64,000 nt of DNA from the NCBI GenBank assembly GCA_035945615.1, contig DASZAA010000346.1, positions 17,547-81,546 on the forward strand, in the 5' to 3' direction. Within the stretch, counting starts at the first letter, position 1. Each line of letters starts with the position of its first letter. A model generated the notes under the pieces. It searched no databases. It worked only from the letters and a program-made list of their open reading frames with translations, and was not told where the DNA came from. The position numbers and the translations under genes were made by a program. Shown here piece after piece: positions 1 through 10,279 of this stretch. The DNA comes from Terriglobia bacterium (GTDB lineage: Bacteria; Acidobacteriota; Terriglobia; UBA7540).

Positions 1-400
1 TGCGACCCTGAAGATTGATCGCATGCCGTTTGAGGACCTGAACGGCAACTGCCAGGGTTACGCCCGGCGAGGCGGTAAGATCGCCATCAACCCTCTTGCA
101 GCCCTTCCCTTCAAAACCCTTTTTCACGAGCTCAGGCACGCAATTCTTCATTGCGCCGATGGCGACATGGCCGACACCGACCAGACGCCGCGCAGCATTG
201 CGGAAGTCGAGGCGGAAGCCGTGGCGCTGCTTTGCTGCGGATCGCTCGGATTGCCCGGCGCTGAATTCAGCCGGGGCTACATCCAGAGTTACGCGAAGGG
301 CGAGGCGATTAGCGAACGCTCTGCCCAACGTATCTTTCACGCCGCCGACCGGATTCTGAAAGCCGGTTACGCGGACAAACTAACCACCGAGGCCCCGTGA
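1..400 (+). CDS. ArdC-like antirestriction/ssDNA-binding protein, C-terminal zincin-like domain (5' part outside window)
   Basis: TLFHELRHAILH zincin-like HExxH motif, then EVEAEAVA and SRGYIQSY; position in the leading region of a conjugative element. Confidence 0.65.
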   Translation, partial: ATLKIDRMPFEDLNGNCQGYARRGGKIAINPLAALPFKTLFHELRHAILHCADGDMADTDQTPRSIAEVEAEAVALLCCGSLGLPGAEFSRGYIQSYAKGEAISERSAQRIFHAADRILKAGYADKLTTEAP

Positions 401-411
401 GGGGTCTCGGT
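386..411 (+). terminator. Hairpin at the end of the ArdC-like gene
   Basis: ACCGAGGCCCC-gtga-GGGGTCTCGGT stem with one G-U pair. Confidence 0.4.
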
Positions 412-464
412 TCCATTCCCGATTGCTAGACCTAACCAATTCAACTGAAAGGAGATACATCGTC

Positions 465-926
465 ATGGGTCAATATCATGTCTTGGTGAACTTAGACAAA
501 CGTCAACTGGTTGTTCCGACCCGATTGGGCGACGGCTTGAAGCTTATGGAGTTCGGAGACGGCGGAGCCACTCTCACCGCGCTTGCCATTCTGCTTGCCC
601 AGGACAACGGGCGCGGCTTAGGTGATCTTCACGTTGCCATGCCGGACACCCCCCTTGAAAGCTGGGAGCAAGGCAAGTGCGGCTTGAAGCGAATCCGAAC
701 ACCCTATGCACACCTTGTGGGTTCATGGGCTGGCGACCGCATCATCATTGCCGGCGATTACGGCGATAACCTGCCCGGCCAGGAAGAAAACCTCTACTAC
801 ATCGCGCAGAAGGAATACGAGGACATCTCGGGTCCGATGCGGGAATTGATCCGCTGCGATAGGTGGATGCGGGAAAAATTCCAGGAGCAATTCAAATGGG
901 CCGAGTCTCTCAAGGACACGGCCTGA
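465..926 (+). CDS. Hypothetical protein (MGQYHxxVNLDK N-terminus)
   Basis: Strong RBS AAAGGAG upstream of ATG 465; open frame. Confidence 0.7.
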   Translation: MGQYHVLVNLDKRQLVVPTRLGDGLKLMEFGDGGATLTALAILLAQDNGRGLGDLHVAMPDTPLESWEQGKCGLKRIRTPYAHLVGSWAGDRIIIAGDYGDNLPGQEENLYYIAQKEYEDISGPMRELIRCDRWMREKFQEQFKWAESLKDTA

Positions 927-934
927 ACGTCACC

Positions 935-978
935 CGGCGGGCGGCCAGTTACCTCCTTTGGGCGCTTGCCGCCCGCCG
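935..978. repeat. Perfect 11-bp inverted repeat
   Basis: CGGCGGGCGGC (935-945) / GCCGCCCGCCG (968-978). Confidence 0.8.
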
Positions 979-1020
979 TTAAACACATTCCAAATCCAAA
1001 TTCAAAAGGAGATCTTCGAC

Positions 1021-2634
1021 ATGAGCACCACAAACGTTATTGCAGCACCGAAAGAGAAAGAGAACACCTTGGTTCAGGAAATCCCTCTGGACCGCATCCA
1101 GGCGTCTGCCGCGAACCCGCGTGAAAGTATGGGCAGCCAGGCGCTGTCCGAACTTACCGAGTCAATTAAAACCCGAGGCGTTTTGCAGCCGATTCTGGTT
1201 CGCGCGGCCAGAGACGGAAATTTTGAAATAGTGTGTGGCGAAAGGAGATTCAAAGCGTCGCAACGCGCTGGGAAACTCACCATTCCCGCCCGCGTCGTGA
1301 ATCTCAGCGACGCTGAAGCGCTGGAAGTAGCCACAGTCGAGAACATTTTGCGTGAAGACATCCATCCTCTCGAAGAAGCCGCGTCTTACGAAAAGCTTTT
1401 GGCGATGAATCCGAGCTTTACGCCGGCCATCGTCGCAGAACACGTGGGGAAATCTGTCTCACACATATTCCGCAGGTTGCAACTGCTTAAGCTCGATCCC
1501 AAGCTGAAGCAAATTTTCCTGGACGGTCAGATGGCCGCCGCCCACGCGCTGGTTCTCGCCCGGCTACAGCCCCGCGATCAAAAAGAGGTGCTGAGCCAAC
1601 TCAACCAAGCCACGAAAAAGGGAGCCGTTGAGTTTCCGTCCGTTGCTCGGCTACAAGAGTGGATCGAGCAGGAAATCTACCTTGACCTGAACGGTGCAGC
1701 GTTCAGTAAAGATGATGCAACCTTGCTTCCTGAAGCCGGACCGTGCACTACCTGCCCCAAGCGCACCGGCTTCAACCCGTCCCTGTTTCCCGAGGTGAAA
1801 AATAAGTAGACATGCACTGATAAAAATTGCTTCCAGCACAAACTGAACGCATTCGTTGAAATCAAGATCAAAGAGGCACCGCCCGAGACGGTGAAGATTT
1901 CAACGTCGTGGCGGTTTGCCGGGGAGACCAAGCCCGAAGGCGCCCTTACTCGGGATGAATACCGTGAGTCGAAGAAAGGCGGTTGCGATCACACTGTGCC
2001 GGCCATTGTGGTTGACGGCGAGCAGATCGGGAAATTGAAGTGGGTATGCGTTAGCCGGGAGCAGGAATGTACGGTTCACGGCGCAAGTTTCCGCTACACC
2101 GGCGAGAATCCCGAAGCCAACGCGGAGCGGCTGAAGCGGGAGGCAGAGGCGCGGCTGGAATTGAAGCGGCGGCGAGCCGTCTTCGACGCCATCCGCGAAA
2201 AGGCCCGCCAGGACCGGAGTCTTGATCTTGAGGACTTCCGCCTTGTCGCCCTCGCATTCTTCCATCGGTTGCAGTACGACACCGCCAAGCAGTTCGTCAT
2301 CCTGAACGGTTTCATCACACCGGCTGTGGCGAAAAAGCGAAAGGTGGAACCGACCGGGGAAGATAGCAGCAGAGGCCACGCCGAGTATTTCGAGAGCCTC
2401 GTGAATAAGGCATCCCTGCAACAGTTGGGAGCTTGGCTTCTGGAACTGGCGCTGATGGATCACCAGGACCACGCGCCGTCTTGTTACTACAGCGACGGCC
2501 CGAGACCAGACCCGCTTTTTGAAACTGCGACCCGTTGGGGCTTAGACGTTGAGTCGATCAAGGCGGCGGTAAGCGAATCTGCGAAATCGAATCGGACCAA
2601 AGCCAAACACGCCGAAGAATCCGCAAAGAAATAG
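1021..2634 (+). pseudogene. ParB/Spo0J-like (PRTRC ParB-type) protein interrupted by one in-frame TAG at 1807-1809
   Basis: NPR, GVLQPILVR, GERRFKA and ENILREDI motifs; CTTCPKRTG...*TCTDKNCF continues in the same frame into ORF 1891-2634. Confidence 0.8.
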
Positions 2635-2640
2635 GACTTG

Positions 2641-2665
2641 GGCAGAGCGGCCTTGCCGCTCTGCC
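2641..2665. terminator. Hairpin between convergent genes
   Basis: GGCAGAGCGG-ccttg-CCGCTCTGCC, perfect 10-bp stem. Confidence 0.6.
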
Positions 2666-2724
2666 GTCCCGACGCGGGGCGTTCGGAAGTGCGTCTTTAA
2701 TCTTGTCGCTGCAGATCAGCTTCG

Positions 2725-3432
2725 TCAGATAGCGCTTAGAAAGATGGACCCGAAGAAAGGTATTGGATTCTCAATTCCCAGCGCCACGTTTACTTGGCTG
2801 ATACAATCCGCCCACTCCTGCAAATTTGTTGGGGAATGCGGGTCATCGATAAAGTACACGTGGACCAGGTACGCATCAAATGCTCCAATTTCCCGCAGGA
2901 AATAGAGGTGCGCCAGCCGATTGGCGGATTGGTACAAATGACCAAGCCAGCCAGCGTCCGGCTCCACGCCAAGCCATTGCTTTGTGCGTGAAATTGACGA
3001 CTGGATGAGCGATAGCGACCGGCCCGAAGCCTTGCAGCCATTTCCATACACCTCTGAAATGTGGCTCTTCGCTTCGACGAGAACGCACCCGCCGTCGAGC
3101 CTAGCCAGCGCGTCCCAGCACGGACCGCTGCCGGGCCAGAACTCGCGTAGCTTCTCGGCGAGGTGCTGGGCGCCGATCTTTTCCAGGAATTCCTCGTCGC
3201 GATACTCAGAATATTGTTCTTCCGCGATTGGTGAAACCCATCGAATGTTGCTCGGATCGAGTTCGTACGCTTGGAGTGCCTCGGCGATCGCACGCGAGAG
3301 CTCTGGGCCGCGCTCATTAACATAGGTTTGAATCTGTCGTTGGCTTCCTGCGTGTGCACGCCCGCTTGTATCGGTCCGTAAAAAATCTTTAGGACAAGGC
3401 ATTAGTGCCTCCGAACGAGGGATAAACATCAA
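2725..3432 (-). CDS. PD-(D/E)xK nuclease-like protein (start uncertain)
   Basis: PCWDAL...VLVEAKSH and LYQSANRL pattern fits a restriction-endonuclease fold. Confidence 0.55.
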   Translation of the reverse strand: MMFIPRSEALMPCPKDFLRTDTSGRAHAGSQRQIQTYVNERGPELSRAIAEALQAYELDPSNIRWVSPIAEEQYSEYRDEEFLEKIGAQHLAEKLREFWPGSGPCWDALARLDGGCVLVEAKSHISEVYGNGCKASGRSLSLIQSSISRTKQWLGVEPDAGWLGHLYQSANRLAHLYFLREIGAFDAYLVHVYFIDDPHSPTNLQEWADCISQVNVALGIENPIPFFGSIFLSAI

Positions 3433-3527
3433 GTAAGTATATGGTGTCCCGGCCGAAATAATCCACGAAACTGCGTCGGTTGAAACCGCCCTTCTCGTGC
3501 CTTATCATGGCGAGCAGGACCACGCGT

Positions 3528-6230
3528 ATGAACAAGCGGCACGTAAAGATTCTCTTGGGTGCGATTGCGGCTGTAGCGTTGGCGGTGGGGTTCGCCGCTG
3601 CTTGGGTCGTCTACGGTCCGTTCTCTTTCGCGTCCGCGGCGGCCAAAGTCAAAGAAGAAGCGTCTTTGCTGAATGGCGGCGATCCGCAGCGGATGCTCAC
3701 TGAGGCGAATCGGTTTTATTGGGGTCACAATCTGCCGCTGGCATTGCCGCTTTATCAAAAGGCCGAAGCCCTTTTTACCCAAGCCCGCGATCCGCGAGAC
3801 GCGCTCTACGGCAAGATCGGCGTGATGCGAACCGGCGGCCAAACTTCTTTCCCCGAAATCTCCGCTTTCATCGCATCCCAGCTTCAAACCCCGCTCGTTG
3901 AGCACGATCCCTTTCTCCGCCTGTGGTGCCTGGGCGTGAAGGGCGATGCGGATCAGGAAACCAACGTCGCAGCGGCGGAGCAGGATTGGAACGGGGCCAA
4001 GACACTTTCAACGCAGTTGGGGCAAAAGGAGTGGGCAAATCGCGCCACGGGCGAGCTCGGCATCGTGGCTTATCTTCACGGCGATTACACGCAGGCCGCT
4101 GCGCTGATGAAGAAGGCCCTCATCACGGCGGCCCTCGAACGGGATGACGGCACAGAGGTCCGCTACTTGGAACTTGTCGGCAACGGCATGAACGGGTTGA
4201 ACCGTCACACTGAGGCAATGATTTTCCTCGACCGTGCGATTCGGATTGCGAGGCACGATGGCTACGTGGGCACTCCGTTCATGGCGTTCGAAGGGAGGGC
4301 CGAGGCGCTGGCGGCAACAGGCCATCAGGCGCAAGCCCAAGCTCTGATGAACCGTACTCTTGCCGAGGTCCGGCGCGAAAAGATGTGGGAACACGAAGGG
4401 CAGGACCTTCTGATCATGGGCGAGATGGCGGCAGACTCAGGCGACGGCGCCACAGCCCGGAAATACCTGAATGCCGCCGTCGAATCGGCGGAGCGAATGG
4501 GCCTCTATCGCGTGGTGGCGCAATCCTACCTTGACCTTGCCGCGTTATCGCAGCGAGCCGGTCGCCTGCCAGATGCCGCGAACGAAACCGAGCAGGGCGT
4601 CCACTACTTCAGCATGGTGGGAGACACGATTTACCTGCCGCGATCACTCGATGCTCTGGCAGCGCTGAAAGCGAAGACCGGTCAGGTGGACGAGGCGCAC
4701 CGCCTTTACGCGCAAGCCGAGGGCGTGATTGACGAAATGCTTCAGCGCGTTCCGGGCGCGTATACCGAAAGCTCATTACTCAGCGAGATGAGCGATACCT
4801 ATCTCGGAGACTTCAAGCTGGCTGCGGATCAGAATAATTCCGCAATGGCGTTTGATACTATTGAGCGCGCCCGAGGCCGCACCGTGGCGGACACACTGTT
4901 GAGCCGGGCCGCTGATCCACCCGCGAAGGAGTCAAACGGCGCGGTCGCAGATGAGATTGTCGATCTGCAGTCGCAAATTCTCAAAGCGAAGGACGGAAAA
5001 GAAACAGCCCGGCTGACAGAAGAACTCGTTGAGGACGAGCGCGAACTCGGCTACATCAACGACGGGCTTGATCCAGACCAGCGCCACATAACCACGCACC
5101 CAATTGATTTTTCGGCGGCTCAGCGAAGTCTGCTGCCGAGCGAGGCGGTGCTGGAATATGTGCTCGCCGAGCCCGCTTCGTTCTGCCTGGCATTTGATCA
5201 GAACACTTCGCAAATCGTGAGGCTGCCAGCCGGACGAGCGGAAATCACAGCCCTGGTAAAGGCATATCTCGCTGGCATCGCTAAAGGGAGCAACGATGTG
5301 CAGGATGCTCCCAAGCTCTTCTCGCTGCTTGTAGCCCCGGTGCCGGAATCCCTCCGGCCACGGCGCTTGATCATCGTTCCTGATGGCTCGCTGGACGATC
5401 TGCCGTTCGAGGCCTTGCAGGATTCATCCCGCAAATACCTGCTCGAATCCCACGTGATCAGCTATTCGCCTTCGGTCACTGTACTCAGCTATTTGCGCAG
5501 CCGCCGGCCAGCGCACAACCCGCAGATGGCGTTTCTGGGGATTGGGGATGTCCCCTACGATTATGAAGTGAAAAGCAGCGGTGCGAACGGGAAGCTCATG
5601 CACTTCCTGGCGCGCGGGGTGAACGACCTTTCTGGCGGTCATCTTTACGACCTGCCTTCCGCTCGCCTGGAATTGCTGAATGCGGATCACGCGCTGGGGC
5701 AATCCAAACAGACGGTTTTGCTCATGGGAACGAACGCTACGGAGGGACGGTTCGATTCCGAGCCTCTTTCCAACTTCAAGATCATTCACTTCGCTGTCCA
5801 CGGCTTATCAACGCCGAACTTCCCGGAAAGGTCAGGCTTGGTGTTAGGACGCGCACCGCATTCGAAGAAAAATGGTGTGCTTCAGGTCCGTGACATCGCT
5901 CGCTTATCGCTTGCGGCAGACCTCGTGACGCTTTCTTCCTGCGATACGGGCACTGGCAAGCTGGAGGGCGAGGAGGGGATTGCGGGCCTCGTGCCAGCGT
6001 TCCTGTTTGCTGGCGCGAGGAGCGTGGTGGGATCATTGTGGGACGTGGATGATTCCGCGACCAGCATTCAGATGAAGCAGTTTTACACGCACCTCGCGCA
6101 GGGAGAAGACGAGGCAGCAGCGCTCAGGCAGGCGAAGCTCGATTACCTGCGAATGATGGGAAACCGCGCTCCAATTTACTGGGCTGGATTCGTGCTTGTC
6201 GGGGACGGTGCAACCCGGTTAACCTTCTAA
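3528..6230 (+). CDS. Membrane-anchored or exported TPR-CHAT (caspase-like) protease
   Basis: N-terminal hydrophobic helix ILLGAIAAVALAVGFAAAWVV; TPR-like helical repeats; ERARGR, IVPDG..LPFEAL; catalytic IIHFAVHG and LSSCDTG; SLWDVDD; YWAGF. Confidence 0.92.
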   Translation: MNKRHVKILLGAIAAVALAVGFAAAWVVYGPFSFASAAAKVKEEASLLNGGDPQRMLTEANRFYWGHNLPLALPLYQKAEALFTQARDPRDALYGKIGVMRTGGQTSFPEISAFIASQLQTPLVEHDPFLRLWCLGVKGDADQETNVAAAEQDWNGAKTLSTQLGQKEWANRATGELGIVAYLHGDYTQAAALMKKALITAALERDDGTEVRYLELVGNGMNGLNRHTEAMIFLDRAIRIARHDGYVGTPFMAFEGRAEALAATGHQAQAQALMNRTLAEVRREKMWEHEGQDLLIMGEMAADSGDGATARKYLNAAVESAERMGLYRVVAQSYLDLAALSQRAGRLPDAANETEQGVHYFSMVGDTIYLPRSLDALAALKAKTGQVDEAHRLYAQAEGVIDEMLQRVPGAYTESSLLSEMSDTYLGDFKLAADQNNSAMAFDTIERARGRTVADTLLSRAADPPAKESNGAVADEIVDLQSQILKAKDGKETARLTEELVEDERELGYINDGLDPDQRHITTHPIDFSAAQRSLLPSEAVLEYVLAEPASFCLAFDQNTSQIVRLPAGRAEITALVKAYLAGIAKGSNDVQDAPKLFSLLVAPVPESLRPRRLIIVPDGSLDDLPFEALQDSSRKYLLESHVISYSPSVTVLSYLRSRRPAHNPQMAFLGIGDVPYDYEVKSSGANGKLMHFLARGVNDLSGGHLYDLPSARLELLNADHALGQSKQTVLLMGTNATEGRFDSEPLSNFKIIHFAVHGLSTPNFPERSGLVLGRAPHSKKNGVLQVRDIARLSLAADLVTLSSCDTGTGKLEGEEGIAGLVPAFLFAGARSVVGSLWDVDDSATSIQMKQFYTHLAQGEDEAAALRQAKLDYLRMMGNRAPIYWAGFVLVGDGATRLTF

Positions 6231-6232
6231 CC

Positions 6233-7468
6233 ATGATCCCACTCGGAATCAAAGAACGAACGGAGGTGTTTGAGAACGTCAGCAAGGCGGTTGCGAAGAA
6301 ACTCTTTGCGCCCGGCTTTGATCCGGCAACATGGGCTTCGCTGGTTGGAGCGCGGCGCGAGCAAATTCTCAAGGCTGACACGGTGGAAGAGTTTGAGCGC
6401 GAGGTTCGGGACTTGCTTGCGCAACTCAAGATCAGTCATATCACGTTCTTCCACCGCAGCCTGTTGAAGATTCCGCCGCAGTACGCGATTGGCGCCACCT
6501 TCCAGCGCGAGCAGGTGAACGGCGCGGCGCATTGGATGTTTCAGGACGTACACGAAGGCAGCCCACCAAATCAGGCTGGGATTCAGCCCGGCGACCTGTT
6601 GCTGGAGGTCGAGGGTAATCCTGTCGCACCGCCAGAGCCGCCCGCATTTCGCATGGGCGGATTCTGTGAGGTCAGCATCGAGAAACTTAACGGCGAGCGG
6701 GCCGCCATTAAGCTGGGCGTGCCATTGCCGAAATCCAAATGGCATCCGATTGTGCGGCCTCGGCTGGTTACATGGTCAAAACCGCAGCCGGGCATCGGCC
6801 TCCTCAAAGTCACAGGTTTCCCTGGTCAGGTCGGCATCGACGTGGCGAAGGAAATCGACCACGCCATTTCCGAGTTGAGGGATTGCGACCGGCTGATTAT
6901 TGACTTGCGAGGGAATCCGGGCGGCGGCGCCGGCGGGCTACGCCTAATGAGCTACATGACGCCGGGTAAGGTTCCCGTGGGATACAGCATCACTCAGAAG
7001 CGCGCGGCGAAGGGATTCAAGAAGGAGAAGCTCCCACGGTTTGGCAAAATCCCGTCGCGCAAGATCGCACTTTACCCGCTGTTGCTCCGATTCGCTTTCA
7101 GTGATCGCTCAATTGTGATGGTGACTGAGGGCCTCGGCCCGCAGGCGTTTCATGGCCGGATCGTTCTGCTCGTCAATCAGCACACCGCGAGCGCTGCCGA
7201 AACCATTGCTGGTTTTGCGAAAGAGAATAAACTGGCCACGATTGTCGGCACCAAAACGCCCGGCCAGGTGCTTGGCGGAACGGGCTTCAAGATGGAACAC
7301 GGATTCGTATTGCGCATTCCCGTAGTGACGTTCCATACCTGGAGCGGAACAACTCTTGAGGGTGCTGGTGTTGAGCCGGACTGTGTGGTGGACCTTGTCC
7401 GGAACGATCTTAGACTTGGTGACGACAAACAGTTAAGGACTGCCATTGATCTCGCCGATCGACCGTAG
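6233..7468 (+). CDS. S41 family peptidase with PDZ domain
   Basis: GSPPNQAGIQPGDLL (PDZ), IIDLRGNPGG, catalytic TASAAE, IVGTKTPG; starts 2 bp after the CHAT stop. Confidence 0.9.
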   Translation: MIPLGIKERTEVFENVSKAVAKKLFAPGFDPATWASLVGARREQILKADTVEEFEREVRDLLAQLKISHITFFHRSLLKIPPQYAIGATFQREQVNGAAHWMFQDVHEGSPPNQAGIQPGDLLLEVEGNPVAPPEPPAFRMGGFCEVSIEKLNGERAAIKLGVPLPKSKWHPIVRPRLVTWSKPQPGIGLLKVTGFPGQVGIDVAKEIDHAISELRDCDRLIIDLRGNPGGGAGGLRLMSYMTPGKVPVGYSITQKRAAKGFKKEKLPRFGKIPSRKIALYPLLLRFAFSDRSIVMVTEGLGPQAFHGRIVLLVNQHTASAAETIAGFAKENKLATIVGTKTPGQVLGGTGFKMEHGFVLRIPVVTFHTWSGTTLEGAGVEPDCVVDLVRNDLRLGDDKQLRTAIDLADRP

Positions 7469-7622
7469 CCTTGTGTTTGGTCATCGCCTTTCGCGCCCGT
7501 AAAAAACCTGAGGTGCTGGGAAGCGACACTTTCCCGCTTGCCACAGGGCCAGAATCGGTTTATCCGGCACCGGGTGGATCGTAAACCACCCGTCCCGTTG
7601 GGCAGGGTGGGAGGGGTAACTA

Positions 7623-10112
7623 ATGAATGGCGGAACTTCGAATCGCGAAGTTATTGAAACAATCCGGCAGGAGATCGAGGGGTCTAAGGGCACGCCCATT
7701 TGGAAGGACTTCGTCAATGCTTTGAACTTGATCTCGCAGGTCGTTTTTACTCGGAGCTCGGGGTTCTTATTGGAGCTGATCCAGAATGCAGAAGACGCGG
7801 GACACGGCCTGGATACGCATGGCCTAATGGAGGTCAGCATCGGAGAGAAAAGATTGAAGGTGAGTCATGACGGCCGCCCTTTCACTGGGGAAGATGTTAG
7901 GGCACTGTGCGGGATCAGGTCGTCAAAGAAACCTGAGAAGGGTAGTTTGGGCTATTTGGGAATCGGCTTCAAGTCAGTTTTCAAAGTAACGGATTCTCCG
8001 GAAATTTACTCAGGCGGCTTTCAGTTTAAGTTCGACAGAAACTACAAGGACTGGGCAGCGGTAGCACGTGAAACCCCTTGGCATGTGATACCGATCTGGC
8101 TCGCTGAAGCTTCTGAGGAGATACAGGGAGAAAAGACAACTTTCATTATTCCCTACCGGGACCCGATCTGCCACGAGACGCTGTCCGAGGATGTAAGGAG
8201 ACTCAGCACAGACCTTTATCTGTTCCTCCGCTGGTTAAGGGAGATCAGGGTAGTAGATGAGCGATCAGGTACAACCTCCGCTCTGAGAAATGAAGGGGAG
8301 ACCGCTGACGGAATTACTACGTTGAGCCACGACGGAAAGCAACAGAGATTTAAGTTCTTCCGGTCGGAAGTTAAGGTCCCTGAACCCGTCAGAGAAGACA
8401 GACTAACCCAGGAGTTTAGGTCAAATGTTGCCTGCCGAGCCATTTCAATTGCATTTGCCCTCGATGAAAACGGCAATCTGGACCCTTCACCGCGGAGAGC
8501 GATGTACGGTGGGGTGTACTCGTTCCTGCCGTTGGGCGAAGCGCGTAGCGGCGTAAAGTTCACTATCCAAGCTGACTTCCTTGTACAACCCGGTAGGGAT
8601 GCCATCAATTATGAAGCCCCTTGGAACCATTGGTTGATGGACGAAATCGTTCGTCTATGCGAAGTGGCAATCCAATCGTTTCAACAACACGACAGATGGA
8701 AGTACCAATTCCTGCGAGCTTTCGAGTTCGACAACTCCGTGAAGTGGTTAGAGCCGTACGCTAAGCTGTTTGGCCCTAGGCTGATCGAGCCCTTGGAGAA
8801 AATTCTCAAGGAAAGCAATATTGCTCTCGCGGTGGACGGCACTTGGACCACACCGGACAAAGTCGTTCGGATCGATGAGCAGCCAGAGGCGGTGGACGCA
8901 CTGGTCACGGCCGGGCTTCTAAAGGGAGACGAGATTGCGCCTGCGATGGCGGGCGCTGCCAGCGTCAAGGCATTAGACAAGAGCGTGGATCGGACTTCGT
9001 CAGACCTCATCAAGGATGTGGATCGCTGGGACTGGTTTGCAAACGAGGAGTTTTTCGGCGAGAAAGCTCGGACGACTGACGCACCGGATTGGTTCCGGTC
9101 GCTGTACATTTGGCTGCAAAAGTATCCGTCAATCGAGGAATATCAGGAACGGAGACGGACCTATAAGCGCCAAAAGCATTACGATTCGATTCAGCTTGTG
9201 CTTGCGGCGGACGGCCAGCTACTCAAGGGAGGCGAGATTTCTATACCAGACCTGCCAACGGATGACCCCATCCTACGGGAGCTATCAACTGGCTTTCAAC
9301 TACCGAAGCGTGTGCTGGATCCCGATATTCTCGTGGCCGCCAACGACGACGCCGAACGCAAAGTCATTCGCGGCTTTCTTACTGGCATGTGTGGAGTCCA
9401 GGTCTATGACGCTAAAAACGTTTGCGAAGACGTGTTCCTCCCAAAAATCCTGACGAAGTCTCCCCAACCATCGCCGGTTGACCTCTTGAGGTACACGGTT
9501 CATTGCCAGGAATATCTCGGAACGGAAATGGATGAGCCAGGAGAATTCTGGGTCCTTACGAAGGAACGCGATGTTAAACCAGCACGAGAGGTATTCTTCC
9601 CGACTGAATTCAAACCGGAAACGAATTGGGAACGAAATCACATTTACTTGCCTGGAATCGGCTTCGCCGCGTCGGACTACATTCAGAACGTCAAGACCAT
9701 CGAAGAGTTGGAGCATTGGCGGGATTTTCTGCGAAAGGGTGGAATCAAGGATAATCCTGCCGACGGAGTGGAAGAGTTCGCGGTCAACTTCGCCGAAGAA
9801 AAGCTTAAGAAGCGGTATGCTAAGTTGATTCGCGTCGAGAAGTTGAACTACGGCTACGATTTAGAAGCGGAGACGGTTTCGGGACAGAAGGCTCAAATCG
9901 AGGTGAAAGGACAGGCGGGAGAAGACGCTGTAACCCTGACCGGAAACGAGACGGATGCCGCAGACAAACACGGGGAGACATACCACGTTTGTGTAGTCTC
10001 AGGAATCCCGGAGCATCCCGTGTCATATCTGGTCTCAAATCCTGCGCAGGTTGGGAAGAAGGACAAGCTCACCATACCAATCGAGATGTGGAAAGCCAGG
10101 CGGTGGCCATAA
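7623..10112 (+). CDS. Sacsin-like GHKL ATPase with C-terminal DUF3883 (NOV-C) nuclease-like domain
   Basis: ELIQNAEDA, DGRPFT, GYLGIGFKSVF, IQADF; C-terminal GYDLEA...IEVKG. Confidence 0.8.
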   Translation: MNGGTSNREVIETIRQEIEGSKGTPIWKDFVNALNLISQVVFTRSSGFLLELIQNAEDAGHGLDTHGLMEVSIGEKRLKVSHDGRPFTGEDVRALCGIRSSKKPEKGSLGYLGIGFKSVFKVTDSPEIYSGGFQFKFDRNYKDWAAVARETPWHVIPIWLAEASEEIQGEKTTFIIPYRDPICHETLSEDVRRLSTDLYLFLRWLREIRVVDERSGTTSALRNEGETADGITTLSHDGKQQRFKFFRSEVKVPEPVREDRLTQEFRSNVACRAISIAFALDENGNLDPSPRRAMYGGVYSFLPLGEARSGVKFTIQADFLVQPGRDAINYEAPWNHWLMDEIVRLCEVAIQSFQQHDRWKYQFLRAFEFDNSVKWLEPYAKLFGPRLIEPLEKILKESNIALAVDGTWTTPDKVVRIDEQPEAVDALVTAGLLKGDEIAPAMAGAASVKALDKSVDRTSSDLIKDVDRWDWFANEEFFGEKARTTDAPDWFRSLYIWLQKYPSIEEYQERRRTYKRQKHYDSIQLVLAADGQLLKGGEISIPDLPTDDPILRELSTGFQLPKRVLDPDILVAANDDAERKVIRGFLTGMCGVQVYDAKNVCEDVFLPKILTKSPQPSPVDLLRYTVHCQEYLGTEMDEPGEFWVLTKERDVKPAREVFFPTEFKPETNWERNHIYLPGIGFAASDYIQNVKTIEELEHWRDFLRKGGIKDNPADGVEEFAVNFAEEKLKKRYAKLIRVEKLNYGYDLEAETVSGQKAQIEVKGQAGEDAVTLTGNETDAADKHGETYHVCVVSGIPEHPVSYLVSNPAQVGKKDKLTIPIEMWKARRWP

Positions 10113-10279
10113 ACCGAGCGATAACGACTTCGGCTATCACGGTTTACTGGTCCAGACTGTAAAGCCCTTCGAGAATACCCGCGAACTCCGCGGGTCGGCG
10201 TCGCTATAAGCGCTTTATCGCTCACGCGCTCGATTCGAGCATCCGTAGATTTCGCCCATGGAACGGCAGCCGACTCCGA

